A program made the position numbers and the translations under genes. Of a stretch of DNA of 64,000 bases, positions 24,001 through 36,974 are shown one piece after another. The notes below the pieces were generated by a model that did not search any database, was not told the DNA's origin, and saw only the letters and a program-made list of their open reading frames with translations. Source of the stretch: Macrostomum lignano (Eukaryota); the NCBI GenBank assembly GCA_002269645.1, contig NIVC01001579.1, positions 58,318 through 122,317 on the forward strand. Direction: 5' to 3'. Position 1 is the first letter of the stretch. Every line of letters starts with the position of its first letter.

Positions 24001-27000
24001 TCAACTGGGTCATAGAGTGCTCAACTGGGTCTTGAAGTGCTCAACTGGGTCTTGGAGTGCTCAACTGGGTCTTGGAGTGCTCAACTGGGTCTTGGAGTGC
24101 TCAACCGAATCTTGGAGTGCTCAACTGGGTAATGGAGTGCTCAACTGAGTCTTGGAGTGCTCAACTGGGTCTTGGAGTGCTCAACTGGATAATGGAGTGC
24201 TCAACTGGGTCTTGGAGTGCTCAACTGGGTCTTGGAGTGCTCAACTAGGTCATAGTGCTCAACTGGTTCTTGGAGTGCTCAATTGGGTCTTGGAGTGCTC
24301 AACTGAGTCTTGAAGTGCTCAAGTGAGTAATGGAGTGCTCAACTGGGTAATGAAGTGCTCAACTGGGTATTGGAGTGCTCAACCGAATCTTGGAGTGCTC
24401 AACTGGGTCATGAAGTGCTCAACTGGATCATGAAGTGCTCAACTGGGTATTGGAGTGCTCAACCGAATCTTTGAGTGCTCAACTGGGTCATAGAGTGCTC
24501 AACTGGGTCTTGGAGTGCTCAACTGGGTCTTGGAGTGCTCAAGTGAGTAATGGAGTGCTCAACTGGGTCTTGGAGTGCTCAACTGAGTCTTGAAGTGCTC
24601 AAGTGAGTAATGGAGTGCTCAACTGGGTATTGGAGTGCTCAACTGAATCTTGGAGTGCTCAACTGGGTCTGGGAGTGCTCAACTGGGTCTTGGAGTGCTC
24701 AACTGGGTCTTGGAGTGCTCAACTGGGTCATGAAGTGCTCAACTGGGTCTTGGAGTGCTCAACCAAATCTTGGAGTGCTCAAGTGGGTAATGGAGTGCTC
24801 AACTGGGTCTGGGAGTGCTCAACTGGGTCTGGGAGTGCTCAACTGGGTCTGGGAGTGCTCAACTAGGTCATAGTGCTCAACTGGTTCTTGGAGTGCTCAA
24901 TTGGGTCTTGGAGTGCTCAACTGAGTCTTGAAGTGTTCAAGTGGGTAATGGAGTGCTCAACTGGGTATTGGAGTGCTCAACTGAATCTTGGAGTGCTCAA
25001 CTGGGTCTTGAAGTGCTCAACTGGGTCTTGAAGTGCTCAACTGAATCTTGGAGAGCTCAACTGGGTCTTGAAGTGCTCAACTGGGTCTTGGAGAGCTCAA
25101 CTGAATCTTGGAGAGCTCAACTGAATCTTGGAGTGCTCAACTGAATATTGGAGTGCTCAACTGGGTAATGGAGTGCTCAGTTGGGTCATGTATTGGTTTC
25201 TGATTAATCTAATGTATCAAAACATGATTTTTTCAAGTAGATGCAGGTAGTCAGGTATCTACGTGAACTACAAGTTAAAACGCAGGTTGCTCCTGCCCTC
25301 CTAACAAGCTTTTACGTAGGAGGAAAAGCAGATTTTCATAAAGTTGATACAGCTACCTGAGGAAGTCAATACATGTAGTGTGTTTTCTGGCTACCACTGA
25401 TTATAAAAAAGTATAATAGTCATTTACTGGTAAACATACCCTTGGCTGACACAACAGCTCCGTGTCCCACGGGTTTGAAAAGTTCTGTCATGTTGGATAG
25501 CACCTGCGCGATCACGTGACCGGCCCAGCCGTCGTGGTCTTTAGGCTGAAATTGATTGAGGTTTGTGTCAGTCAGTGCGAGACTGCAGCGTGATGAAGGG
25601 GCGAAGGGCCAACCTGACTGAGGGGACGGAAACGCAGCTGACTGGGGGCGGAAATGCAGCTGACTGGGGGCGGAAACGCAGCTGACTGGGGGGCGGAAAA
25701 CGCAGCTGACTGGGGGCGGAAATGCAGCTGACTGGGGGCGGAAACGCAGCTGACTGGGGGCGGAAACGCTGTCTCCCACACGCAGACTTCAAGTACTCAC
25801 GTTCATCTGGTGGATGAAGCCGCCCAGCACAGTGATGGCGTCGGTGGTGTTGATGGCCTTCGACATGCTCAGCTCCTGCCTCTTGCACACGATGTGCACC
25901 TCCATGGGCGTCGGGAGCGCCTTGCCGGTGGCGTCAAACAGCCGGTGCTCGCTGCCGATGCCCTTCTCGACGTTGGCGGCGCTGCCCCAGTGGAAGTGGA
26001 ACTGGAAGCAGTTGTAGGTGCCGTTGAGGTGGCCTCCGGTCACCGTCAGGTCGGCGCTGTTCACCGCGTCAGCTTGGACTGGAGAGGAGAGGATGCACAG
26101 GCTAAGGATCGGACAGGTGATTCTCAGGATGTTGAATGTTCTTCATGAGTTCTAATTGGCTCTTTTTGGTTAGTGGCGAGTAGCACTGGCTCTGGCATGT
26201 GATTTCTAAGCTGTAGCATGTGATTTCTAAGCTGTAGCATGTGATTTCTAAGCTGTAGCATGTGATTTCTAAGCTGTAGCATGTGATTTCTAAGCTGTAG
26301 CATGTGATTTCTTAGCTCTAATAGGTGCCTTATAGACTCTAACAGCACTCTGATGTCCTATGGTACAAATGTCTTCTCAGATTTTGCAGGTGTGTTCTGA
26401 CCTCAGCAGCTAATGTGCTTTTTAAGGTAGTGCCCTGCCTTCCTACAGAGCATCAACTCACTGGAGTGTCCGTTGTTCTTCACAATGAACTTTCTCTCAT
26501 CGTGCCAGCCCTTGCCCAGTACGATTTTCTTCACCTTGGCCGACTTGTTCTTGCAGAGTCCCATCTCGATGTTGATGGGCGAGGGCCGGTTGGCCGGGAG
26601 GTCCTTGCAGAATGGGCTAATCTGCCACCACTTGGGCGGGGCTGCGGGGTGGTCAGATGTATAAGACGACTTGCCTCCTCTTGGCAACAATAATTTAGCA
26701 AATTTGAGCAGTTTGCAGTTTTCATGGCAACAAAACACCACTCGGTCTTACCGAACTCGCAGTGAGGACCGCGCGCGTTCTCGTAGGCGGGGTTGTACAC
26801 GAAAGCTTTGGTCTCGCAGGGAATGACTGCGTTAGGTGGGTTGAGGCACAGTGTTAGTAGTGCATGTTTGTAAGTCAAAAAGGCGGGTTTGAGAAGATGT
26901 CAACATACGAGTATATAGATTCTGTGGTGACTGTGTGACAGTGACACAAGACTGTAACTGAGCTACATGTACATAGAGTAGGGTAGACTGAGTGAGTAAG

Positions 27001-28546
27001 AAGTCAGAGAATAAGAGACACATTGAGAGCCAGGGAGAGACGCAGGGACAAAGAAGGACGGAGAGAGATGCAGAGAGAGACGGAGAGACGGAGAGATAGA
27101 AAGAGACGAGAGAGAGACAAAGAGACAAAGAGAAAGACTGAGAGAGCGACGGAGGGAGAGGTCGAAGAGAGAAGTACTGGCAAAGTAGAAGTTTCAAATG
27201 TGAGATAATATGAAAATGAGCTACTAATTGATGTCAAAATTAGATCGGGCTTTATTTGATGCGGTGTGGATGAGAATTAATCAAGTCAGTTTGCTTTACG
27301 CAAGAAAACCGAAGAGTTAGCTTTCATTATTACATCGAGTACACTGTCGTTGGGCTCAGATAAAAAGTGAGTTAGCTCCCATTGCGCTCGTGCTATGCAT
27401 GGTTAATTGGTTAGTGACAGATGATACGTCTAGAAGCCTTACGGGCACAGTCGATCTTCCACGACGAGTCCTGGTCGTACAGCTTGGTCTCGGCCCAGCG
27501 TTCCAGCCGCAGCTTGAACTCGCTGTGCCGGATGTAGTGGCGAGGGTTCCTCAGGGATTGCAGTCGCACGTATCCGTTGCTCATGATGACTACCTTAAAG
27601 GTGGAGGCGTTCCTGAACTCTGCCGTGTTTTCGAACTTTGTCATCATGACGAAGTGGTCGGCAACCGTGTTGAGGAAGTGGCCAGGCTTCTCAGCTGACT
27701 CGATGGACACGGCTCGAGGATTGCCGTTCAGAGCAGGCGTGACGAACTTCAGTCTGGTGCCGTTGGTGGTGCTGATGGTGGAGATCACGTCGATACCGGC
27801 CTTGACGGAGTATTTGGGATAATTCTTCGAGATCAGATGGAACTCGCCGTCGCAAACGTCCAGCTTGAACAGTTTGTCTGTAACAAATTCAAGTCTTTGT
27901 AGTTTTCTATCCAGAAAAAAACCAACGAAAACTTTCTGTCCCTGGGAGGCATACAAGAAACAAGCGACTTACCGCTTGCGCAGACAACTCCGAACGATGA
28001 ATCAGCCTTGAACAGGTTGGTATCTGTCCAGCTCATGAGCTTCAGCTTCATTGACTGATGTCTCAGGTAATGCTTGGAGTGCGTCGTACTCTTGAATCGA
28101 TAGTAGCCTTCCCCAGCCTTCTCAAGCAGGAACGAGGCCTCCCGGTTGAACAGCGCGCTCTTGTCGGTTTTCACCAACTTGATGATGTTGTCGACGTTGC
28201 ACAGGAAGTAGCCCGGCTGAGACAGCGACTCCAGCGAAATGCCGTCCTTTGTTCCATCAAGAGCGTCCCGCTCAACAAACCTGGTCCCGTTGCCAATGGC
28301 GATGCCCATCTCGCCGTTGCCCCTCTGGGTCAGGTAGTAAGTTGGGAAGTTGTACGAATTGAAGATCACAGCATTTGGGCACATTTCTGCAACGAAGACA
28401 CAGTGGAAAAGCGTGATGGACGGTACAGCAGGCTGGTTAAATTTCCTGAAGCAGTCGTAATTCTATTAATTAGAAAACTTACTCTTAGCCATCGAGGCCT
28501 GAACGCAGGCCACCAGAAGAGCCGTCAGCAGCAGGAACGGACGCAT
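21060..28546 (-). CDS. Secreted fusion protein, 637 aa: signal peptide + two AbfB/CBM42-like beta-trefoil domains + alpha-carbonic anhydrase. Exons 28546-28483, 28386-27973, 27877-27443, 26826-26752, 26677-26462, 26078-25801, 25545-25440, 23623-23472, 21233-21060
   Basis: Signal peptide [21 protein letters not shown]. AbfB-type motifs ISLES..QPGYFL, HYLRH....KL...ADSSF and HYIRH...DQDSSW. CA motifs [45 protein letters not shown]. All 8 introns are GT-AG and phase-compatible (1914 nt). Confidence 0.85.
21316..23398. repeat. 12-bp minisatellite (CAGCCTGATCTA) with about 390-bp higher-order repeats, last intron of the CA gene
   Basis: Visible 12-bp period; identical ORF pairs offset by 390 nt (22315/22705, 22497/22887). 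Confidence 0.95.
23684..25190. repeat. 20-bp minisatellite (GGAGTGCTCAACTGGGTCTT), about 75 diverged copies, CA intron
   Basis: Directly visible. Confidence 0.95.
25615..25770. repeat. 22-bp minisatellite (GGGGGCGGAAACGCAGCTGACT), about 6 copies, CA intron
   Basis: Directly visible. Confidence 0.9.
26195..26318. repeat. 21-bp minisatellite (GCATGTGATTTCTAAGCTGTA), about 6 copies, CA intron
   Basis: Directly visible. Confidence 0.9.
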
Positions 28547-29339
28547 CGTTGGAGATGAAGCGAGTTGGTCTCCGGTTATCAGCAATGACTTTATTTCCTT
28601 ACTTCTCCACTTTTTTCCGCCGCTTTGAACGATCTGGCGTCGTTATAAAGTCTATTGAGCACGCTGCGCTTCCGCCACCTCTCGCCGCCGTTCAGGAGAC
28701 GCCATTCGGCACTGCTGGCGGGGAGGGGCGCTCCTCGGCCGCCTACCGTCTGCTGCCCCTCGCATCTCCCCCTGCCGCTACCACTCTACCTCTCCGTCCC
28801 GAATACCATCTGCGATCCGTGGAGGGCTTGCGCTGGGAGGGTCGGGAAAGGTGTGTGGGCGAGAAAATTACAATGGTCCTCGCGCAAAACCGCCACCCAA
28901 CCGGTCTAGCGTATCGAAACACTCGACTCGACTATGCAGTCAGTCTTCTCACTTGCAGAGCAGCATTGCATCCAGTAAGTTGCGATCACTTCAAAACAGG
29001 GGCCAGCTGAGCTGGAGTGAAGCAGCCTGAGAGGGGTGTCGGAATTCTTTTTGTTGAAAAAAAGCTTTTGAAGGAGGGAGACACGCGATCGATAAATTTG
29101 ACAGTCTTGACTGCTGTGTTTGCCGCGAATTGCCCTGTCAGGGGGGGGGGGGCGGTCCGCCAAAACCTGCCAGAGCTTCAGCATTTCTGCGGGCCCAGAA
29201 GGTCTGACACAGAATCTGAATAAGTTCAGTTCCAGCCGGTTTGAATCGGCGCGCAAATGTGAAGCTGCTACCAATTAGTTCAATAAAAATGATACAATAG
29301 TTGCAATAAGAAAATGCAAAGAAAAGGTATCGAACATTA

Positions 29340-29870
29340 TTTAACTAGTAACTATTAAAAAATCTCCAAATCTAATTTAATCTTACCAAATCTCACACCA
29401 GATCTCACCAAATTTCACTAAATCTTATTAAATCTCACCAAATCTCACTAAATCTCACCAAATCTCACCAAATATTTTAAAATGTTATTAAATCTCATCA
29501 AATCTTATAATCTCAGTAATTCTCTCAATAGCGAAACCAGAAATTTGTTAAGGGGGCGGATTCTGGAGGGTAAAGACTCAAGGGGCGGAGGGGGTGCGGC
29601 TCTGTATTTTGGCAAAAATTCGCTGGTCCCCCCTTTGATTTTTTTCTGGTCTCCACCTAAAGGGGGGGGCGACTGCTCCCCCCCAGCCCCCCCCCCTGGT
29701 TGCGCCACTGAAATCTCTCTAAATTTCACCAAATATCTCCGATCGAATTTCGTCAAATCTCACTGAAACTCATTATATCTTATTAAATCTCACCAGAATC
29801 TTACCTAATCTCTCGAAATCACAATAAATCTTGTCAAATCTCACCAAATATTTCTAAACTGCGACAAGCA
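29340..29870. repeat. Degenerate AAATCTCACC simple repeat interrupted by a GC-rich MITE-like insert (about 29550-29711)
   Basis: Repeated AAATCTCAC[C/T] on both sides. The insert ends in CCCCCCTGGTTGCGCCACTG, a hAT-MITE-like terminus, but the other end is degenerate and there is no TSD. Confidence 0.5.
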
Positions 29871-32345
29871 ACTCGAGCCAAAATTAAGTTTAAAATGCAA
29901 AGTTTTTCTCATTTCAAATCCGAATACTTTTTTAACGATTATAAAACCAGTTCCGATCTCATTATGCAATGAAGACGTTACGGTAGTTAAAAATTATCAA
30001 AAAGCAATGAATCTGGATTCTGTACAGGCAGCAATCGGAGCTGCTATTGAGAAAATCAGAGTCACTGTACACCTTGTATGAGCTTGTTCCTGCTCGTACA
30101 TCCATGTTCCTGCTCAGGGTCAACCGGAAGCGGTCTACTGTATATACTCTCCCCTTGATTTGCGGCAGTGTCAAATTATAGTTTTTAATGAGCGAATAGA
30201 GCCAAGATATTAATGGCTAGCTTCAGTGTCTTCAGTGTATGCATGTAGAAGCTCGGGATTGATTTCCACCGCTGAGTAACCCACACAGCTCGTACTCTTG
30301 ACGCTGGAATGCTGGATCAGTATGGGTGCTGCTGCCAGCGCCCGACTCGAAGCAGCTTAATTAAGAAGTCTGCTCTCTGAGAGACCGTCGAGAAAACGTA
30401 CGTGCCTGCCAACTGTCGGATCTAGTGAACGCTCCCAGCTGACGGGAGTCGGAGTCCGTCTCAGTCAGACTTCAACCTACGTCAAGCCGAGCTTTTTAGA
30501 TTCTGTTCGTTCGTTGACCGAATGCAATTATTGTTATTATTTGATTCAATCATTTCTTTCCCAACCTGGTCCTGGGCAATTTGTCATTTTATGCACGATA
30601 CTCGTATTAACTAATTAACCATTTTAAGTAAGAAAATAAGGAAATGCACAACGAGATATTACTTTATAAATAATAGCACAAGCTATTAATAAACAGTACA
30701 TGGTTGATAAGTACTAGCTTGTATAGGCTACTATATAGCCTACTAAGTTCTGTCCATAAGAGCTTTTGTACATGTACTCTGATAACTGACGTTATGAACC
30801 AGACATTTACCTTTGCTTGCCCAATGAAACGTTTCTTAATTAAAGATTAACGATATCTTTTTTCTCTTCTTTAATGCTTATGTGACAGTGTGATTCGTAG
30901 AAGCGTGTATCGTATTTCTTTATTTTCATATGCGTACGGTACTACTACTGTATTCTTTCATTTATTTTAACAATATTCGTACGTATTATTATCGCGCCAT
31001 TTTTACTGTTAATTGCTTTGTTTTTGTAGCCTCGTATGTATTTATTCTATTATTTTTATTTCTTTCACATCGTTATTATTTCTCGTAAAGTAGTTCTAAC
31101 TATGTACATGTACTGACGTATGTTATTCTTGCACGATATATTTTATCGATTAATTTGTACATGTACATTGCGCGCCGCGTGGGGGTTGTTTGTCTGGGTT
31201 TTGGATTACCCTACTCTCTTATCATGGATAAATCATCTATGATCCATGATCCATTGATAAATCATGCATGTTCATGGTATTTTCATGCATGGATTTTTAA
31301 AACTTTCCATGGTAAAATCATCCATGTCAGGGAGTTCATACGGGAAAATAAATAACTAAGCTTATAAAAAATTTCAGGCTATTTTATGTATATCTAATAA
31401 AGTTTTAAATATATTTAATAAAAGCGAAATTGTAAATACAAAAAATAGTTTAATAAATTTGTTAAAATCTTCACCTACAAATTGCTTTGAATATATTACC
31501 AGCAATTTTGTTGGCCATTTTGTTTCGGTTTAGTTAATTACGGACTTAACTTCCCATAAACATAAATTACTAGGCCTATTTTTCCTTTCTAAGAGGACTC
31601 TGTCACTCTTGCATGTTGTCATCATTTCATTATGTGTCACTATGTGCTATGTTTATGTTTATGTTTTTTCTTAGCTATATACTTCCAGTTCCACTTTTGG
31701 TAGCTAGTTTTAAAATTCGGTGGCTTGTAAGGTTTTTTGACATGCTAATTTTGATCTTCACTCCTTCAGTGAAAATTGTATTTGTAGATATATTAGAAAA
31801 TAGAAACCCTATTATATATTATATTTGGGATGCAAAGATAACCTATAGGGGTTAGATGTATATTTTTGAATGATATTTTGCTGCATTTTTATAATGATAG
31901 GTTGGCCTAACCAAAGCCAAAGGCCTAGTCTAAAGTGGCATCCTAGACCTAGGCCATAGCCTAATGATAAAAATCACATGGTAGGCTGACAGTTTCAAAA
32001 TAATAAAAAATAATAGTATATTATGGTAATTGGTACTTAATTTCGAGACCTTTCATGTCCTTTGTATCTAATATACAGTCTATAATCAAAACTAGACTAG
32101 ACTAGGCCCAATTAGGCCTAATATTGTCTACTTTGTATCAGAAAATCCACAATGGCACAACTTTATAATTATAGGCCTATATATAGGGCCTAGGCCTTAT
32201 ATTATAATTTTTATTTAAAATCATAGGGGCCTAGGGTCCCTACATTAAATTTTTTTATATACAATTCTAATTGGTTTGTCATTGGCCTCTTGATTGATTC
32301 TTCAAACCTTATCTCCTTGTGAAACTTTTTCAGAACAAATTGTTA

Positions 32346-34297
32346 TGGATGATATTGGATTAAGTGCATCTAATTCTAGGCCTCTTCGAAAGCAGACAAA
32401 AAGTACTTCTAAATTTGGAAATGACAATTCAGCATTGTTTTTCTGCTTTATTCTTCACAATGTTGGCCATGATGAGCAATATGTGACCATTGCATTTGGG
32501 TCTCCCTATTGGCCAAGTACAATAACTAATGATGAAAAGTTGGAACTTGCACAAGTAAGATTTTAAGTTGGATTTATATGCATAATATTTTGTTATTGAG
32601 TACATGGTTTCTAAAACAAATTATTCCAACTACAAATGTAATATTACTTTATTAAATTATATTTTAGGGGACTAAAGTCTTTTTACGCATGTATGGCAAA
32701 CTATTTTCTGCTACACTTGTGGCAAAAGGTAGTGAAAGGCAAATGGCTTCAACTATGAACCAACTTTCCAACTTGGTTAGTGAGGCTGAAAATACTGATT
32801 CATTGATTAGCCAAGCTATTGAGCTTTTTGCAATGAAAGATCCCCAAGCTGGCATTGCAAATGTAAGGACAATAAGGTCATCTAGTTCAAAGCAGGTTGC
32901 TTCAAGTTCTAGTTGTCATCAGCATGGACTACTTGACGAGCTTTATGAAGTGGATAGTGAAAGTGGCGAACCAAATTTGGCGATACCAGCTACTCAATCA
33001 ATGGGTAAAACTGCAATATATATGAACTATTAATTGTTTGCAATTTGTTTTTTTTGTTGTATTATTTGATTAATTATTATTTTTTAGAAAAAGCCATTTC
33101 TGCATTTGAGAGAGAGGCATCTTTGGTTGAAAATGAGCAAGCTCGTGCCACAGGCCTCTTGGAATCAAGTTTGTATATTCTATTACACCTAATTGAAAAC
33201 CAAATACCAAATGAGTCAATATTTTTGTAGCAATAAGCCTTTTTTATCACTAGGTGCAATTCAAGAAGTGCAACCCCTCCGAGGGGTACAGATAGTAAAC
33301 AGTGAATCGGATGCAACAATGAAAGGTATAATTTTATTTTTTTAATATGATACAATCACATTATTAAAAATCAAAATCACCATATTTTTATATATGAGCA
33401 TATATCTTACTCTAGATCTAAAACTGTTCATTCAATCCGAGTTGCTTTCTCTTGAGAAGCGTCTTGCTGCAAGGATATGCCGACTTTTAAAAAAGGATGA
33501 CAACTTTGGTGGAATGCTAACAATTAAAGAATACCAAAATGAGGTATGTCAGTTTTTTCTTAGCATCAGCAGCATCACGTCTGTAGTATAAAAGTTCTAC
33601 TATATAATAACATTTTTTAGGAATTTAGGTGCATTGATGGTTCCCTAGCTGAGCTGTCTTCAATTCTTTGCAACGATCCTAAGGTGTTCCTCCGAAGGTA
33701 TATCAAGCTGCGATTTGGCGAAGGCTACTTGCTTGAGCATATAATCGATTCATCCTGTGGTGCTCGCAGTTCCCGAAGGCCTGCTCCATCTGAGCATGTG
33801 ACAGAGTTTCAACGTAAATATATATATATAATTTTTTCACAGTTTTGTGCAATTTTTTTATTATAAAGCAATTTAGGCTAATTAATGCTAAATGATCTGA
33901 ATCCAATACTTGGGATATTTTCTAAAAAAACACATTTAGGTCTGAGATAAAAGAAATTGAGGAAAAATAGTTCTAAAGTTCAATACATCCCATTGACCTA
34001 TTTAATGATTAGCATCATAAATCAACTTCCTTTTAAATTTAGCCTATTTCTACTATAAACACAGTACACAATGTCTATTGTAAAAATATTTTACTATACT
34101 CGTGAATTTTCAGGTTTGCTTCAATTGTGCTATCGAACATCTGGCTACGACTTCCACGAAATCTGGAAGTCTGTACGAGACCATCTCAATCAGCTGGCCA
34201 GGGAGGAGACACGGGCGAGAAAGCGAACTTCAACTGCTGCTTCTGGACCCGAGTCAGGGGATTCCATTTCCCGCTCAAGGCGAATGGGACCGTGAAT
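32346..34297 (+). CDS. Multi-exon accessory (TnpA-like) gene inside the EnSpm element; exon boundaries approximate
   Basis: Coding-like blocks at about 32346-32555, 32668-32950, 33087-33170, 33417-33543, 33620-33813 and 34113-34297, separated by short AT-rich GT-AG introns, on the same strand as and just upstream of the transposase. Confidence 0.55.
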
Positions 34298-34344
34298 TGC
34301 GGAAAAAATTCTAGTAACTTTTGAATATTTGAATTGCTATTTTT

Positions 34345-36645
34345 ATGTCTAGTAAATCAGAATCTGAGCACTCTCTTTCTACTAATTACTCAGCCTACTC
34401 TTGTCAGGCGATTTCTTCTCCCTCAAATAGTTTTTCTACAAGTAATAGGAGTTCAATTTCAAGCGAAGCCGGTGTAACGCACTCGCACAGCTGTCCTGAC
34501 GCTGTGGAAACTTTTATTGGTGAAAACAATGCTGTGCCTGTGCTTGAGGAGAGTTCAGATAGCTTAGCGAATTTGGCTTCCATCTCAGATCCCAGTGTGC
34601 AGGCGGCTCTGATTTTTCAGTGGGCAATTACTTCCGGAGTTTCAGAGGCTGCTCTTGATAGACTCCTGAAGCTACTTTCTATTTTTAGTAGAGATTCTCT
34701 AGCTCTTCCAAATAGCGTCAAGTTGCTCAAATCATTGATTCAAGATACTTGCCCTCTTGATGATAGTGACGTGTCTGAATTTGGCTTTTGCCCAGAATGC
34801 AAAAGCCAGTGTCAGGTTCATTCCCCAAAGTCAAAGGTTGCTGTGACACAGCTCAATATTGTTCCACAGCTGCGGACTATCTTAAGCAGCCACACTTCAA
34901 CTATTCTGCAGTATGAGCAAGAATTGCAAAAGGATAAAAACACAGACGTTTTGAATTCCAAAATAGTTAAAGAACAAGGCTTAAGCCTATCTTCTGGCAA
35001 GTCGCTTCACTTGCATCTTCTAATCTCAGCTGATGGCGCCAATTTTTTTGAATCTGTTCAGAGTAGCTTTTGGCCATTTCAGGCTCAACTTCTAAACCTT
35101 CCTGTTTACATCCGTCAACGCTTTGCAAATTTAATTCTAATTGCTCTTGTTTCATCGAAGGCAGTCCCGCATTTCCAGTCTTTTCTGTCTGAAATTATGA
35201 ACAATTTGCCAAAACAGTTTATATTCTCGGAATACACCGTTCATGTCCATTACACACTCTTTGTTTGTGACTTGCCCGCTCTTGCTAAGCTCTTCTGCAT
35301 TCACCAGTACAATGGTGCGTTTAGCTGTCCTAGGTGCTTGCACCCAGGTGAGAGCTTTAAAGTATCCGAGAAAGGTAAAAACTGGATCTTCCGCTATGGT
35401 GAAGGCTACTTGTTTCCTTTGAGAAACCCATCTTCCCATCTTGAACACTGTCGGCTCGCACAAATTCGAAATCGGCCTGTTTTTGGCGTAAAGATGCGCA
35501 GTTGCTTGTTAGACTATGTTCCGTTTCCCAGCTGCAATCCTATTGACAGTTTACACTGCTTTTTCGAAGGCCACACCAAGTATCTACTAGAAGAGCTGTC
35601 ATTACCTGCAAACAGGCGCGAGTTGTATTTTTGCTCAGCTAATTGCATGGATTTCATATCTAATTGTATTCGTCAATCTATAACTCCTTCTAGCATCACA
35701 ATCAACACAAATTTTAAAGGCTTTTCAGATTGGAAAGCAAAGCATTTTAAAAACTTTGCGCTATACTTTCTTCTTCCTACGTTTTTGCAGAGAATTTCGC
35801 ATTTTCCATTGAAACTGCTGTTAACTAATTTAGTTCTTATTTATCACATGTTGTATAGCCCCCAATCAAATAAGACTGATATCGAAAAGCTATGCAAAGC
35901 TTTTATCTCCAATGCTCAGCAAATATTCGGACCGAAAGTACTCCGCCTTAATTTCCACCTGCTTTTGCATATGGCTGAACAGTACGAATTGTACGGACCT
36001 GTATTTAATTATTCTATGTTCGCATTTGAGAGCTCCATTGGCATGTTCAAAAAGTTCTTATGCGGAACTGTGTCATTTGGCCCACAGCTTGTTCGCAAGT
36101 TTTTGTTTCAAAAGTTGCTACATCACTACTTTTCTTGTGTTAAGGACTCTATTGTAGTGGATGCAGTTAACTCTATATCTTTAGAGCCATCCAGGCCACA
36201 TGGTATTCTTCGAAACTCACTTGCTTATTTTAATGGACATTTTTTCTCGACAAGCTCAGCTTGTGCGTCGAAAAATTCTAACCATCTTTGCCAATTGAAG
36301 TCCGGCGAAATCTGCACTATTGCAGAGTTCCTCGAGCCTAATACTATTCGAGTGCAAATTTTGGATCCCATTGGTTCGCTGTTTGATTTTGTTTTACGAG
36401 TACCAGCAGCAACTTTCCCCATCGATTTACTTAATTGGAAAGCATTGCTGGAATCCATGTTCAAAAAGTCTTCGACATTCAATTTTGTATTGATATCCCT
36501 GTCTAATGCGCCCAGATCGGCCAGACGCGAACGTATAGTTAATTTTTCAGAGGTCGATCGACCCTGCATCGCTGTTCCAGTAGAATCGTTCAGCAAAGAC
36601 TGTTATTGCGCTGTGCCATTGTTCAAAGAGTTTGAACATGATTAA
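34345..36645 (+). CDS. EnSpm/CACTA-type DDE transposase, 766 aa, uninterrupted
   Basis: Motifs LISADGA, SFWP...LNLP...R, FVCDLPA, YNGAFSCPRC, PIDSLH, WKA.HF, NFHLLLH..EQ...YGPV...SMFAFES. Confidence 0.9.
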   Translation: MSSKSESEHSLSTNYSAYSCQAISSPSNSFSTSNRSSISSEAGVTHSHSCPDAVETFIGENNAVPVLEESSDSLANLASISDPSVQAALIFQWAITSGVSEAALDRLLKLLSIFSRDSLALPNSVKLLKSLIQDTCPLDDSDVSEFGFCPECKSQCQVHSPKSKVAVTQLNIVPQLRTILSSHTSTILQYEQELQKDKNTDVLNSKIVKEQGLSLSSGKSLHLHLLISADGANFFESVQSSFWPFQAQLLNLPVYIRQRFANLILIALVSSKAVPHFQSFLSEIMNNLPKQFIFSEYTVHVHYTLFVCDLPALAKLFCIHQYNGAFSCPRCLHPGESFKVSEKGKNWIFRYGEGYLFPLRNPSSHLEHCRLAQIRNRPVFGVKMRSCLLDYVPFPSCNPIDSLHCFFEGHTKYLLEELSLPANRRELYFCSANCMDFISNCIRQSITPSSITINTNFKGFSDWKAKHFKNFALYFLLPTFLQRISHFPLKLLLTNLVLIYHMLYSPQSNKTDIEKLCKAFISNAQQIFGPKVLRLNFHLLLHMAEQYELYGPVFNYSMFAFESSIGMFKKFLCGTVSFGPQLVRKFLFQKLLHHYFSCVKDSIVVDAVNSISLEPSRPHGILRNSLAYFNGHFFSTSSACASKNSNHLCQLKSGEICTIAEFLEPNTIRVQILDPIGSLFDFVLRVPAATFPIDLLNWKALLESMFKKSSTFNFVLISLSNAPRSARRERIVNFSEVDRPCIAVPVESFSKDCYCAVPLFKEFEHD

Positions 36646-36974
36646 AAAGGTACGAGTATGTGTCCGTACCTTAGATCCGATTATTTTATTATTAATGCTG
36701 CAAAGTCTGGCAGAAAATAAAATTATGCTCCATGACCAAGATAAAACCATCAGGGAATCAGAATAACTTTCCAGATGCCCAACTTCCTCCCTCTCAGACT
36801 CCCACCGTTACCTCTCTTTGTCCGATCTCTCCATATTCAAAATCTCCAAGTTTCTGTGCGCAAATAATTGACTAATGCAGCATTAACTTCGTTTCGTAAA
36901 GGATTAGTCGGCCCTTGCCCTTAATGCGTACCGAATTCGGCTAATTCTATTTATTGACTGTTCAGTAAAATTTA

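Noticed and set aside
21150-25144. QPDL, YSLI and VLNW repeat ORFs resembling antifreeze or ice-nucleation proteins
   Set aside because: Intronic minisatellites of the AbfB-CA gene on the opposite strand
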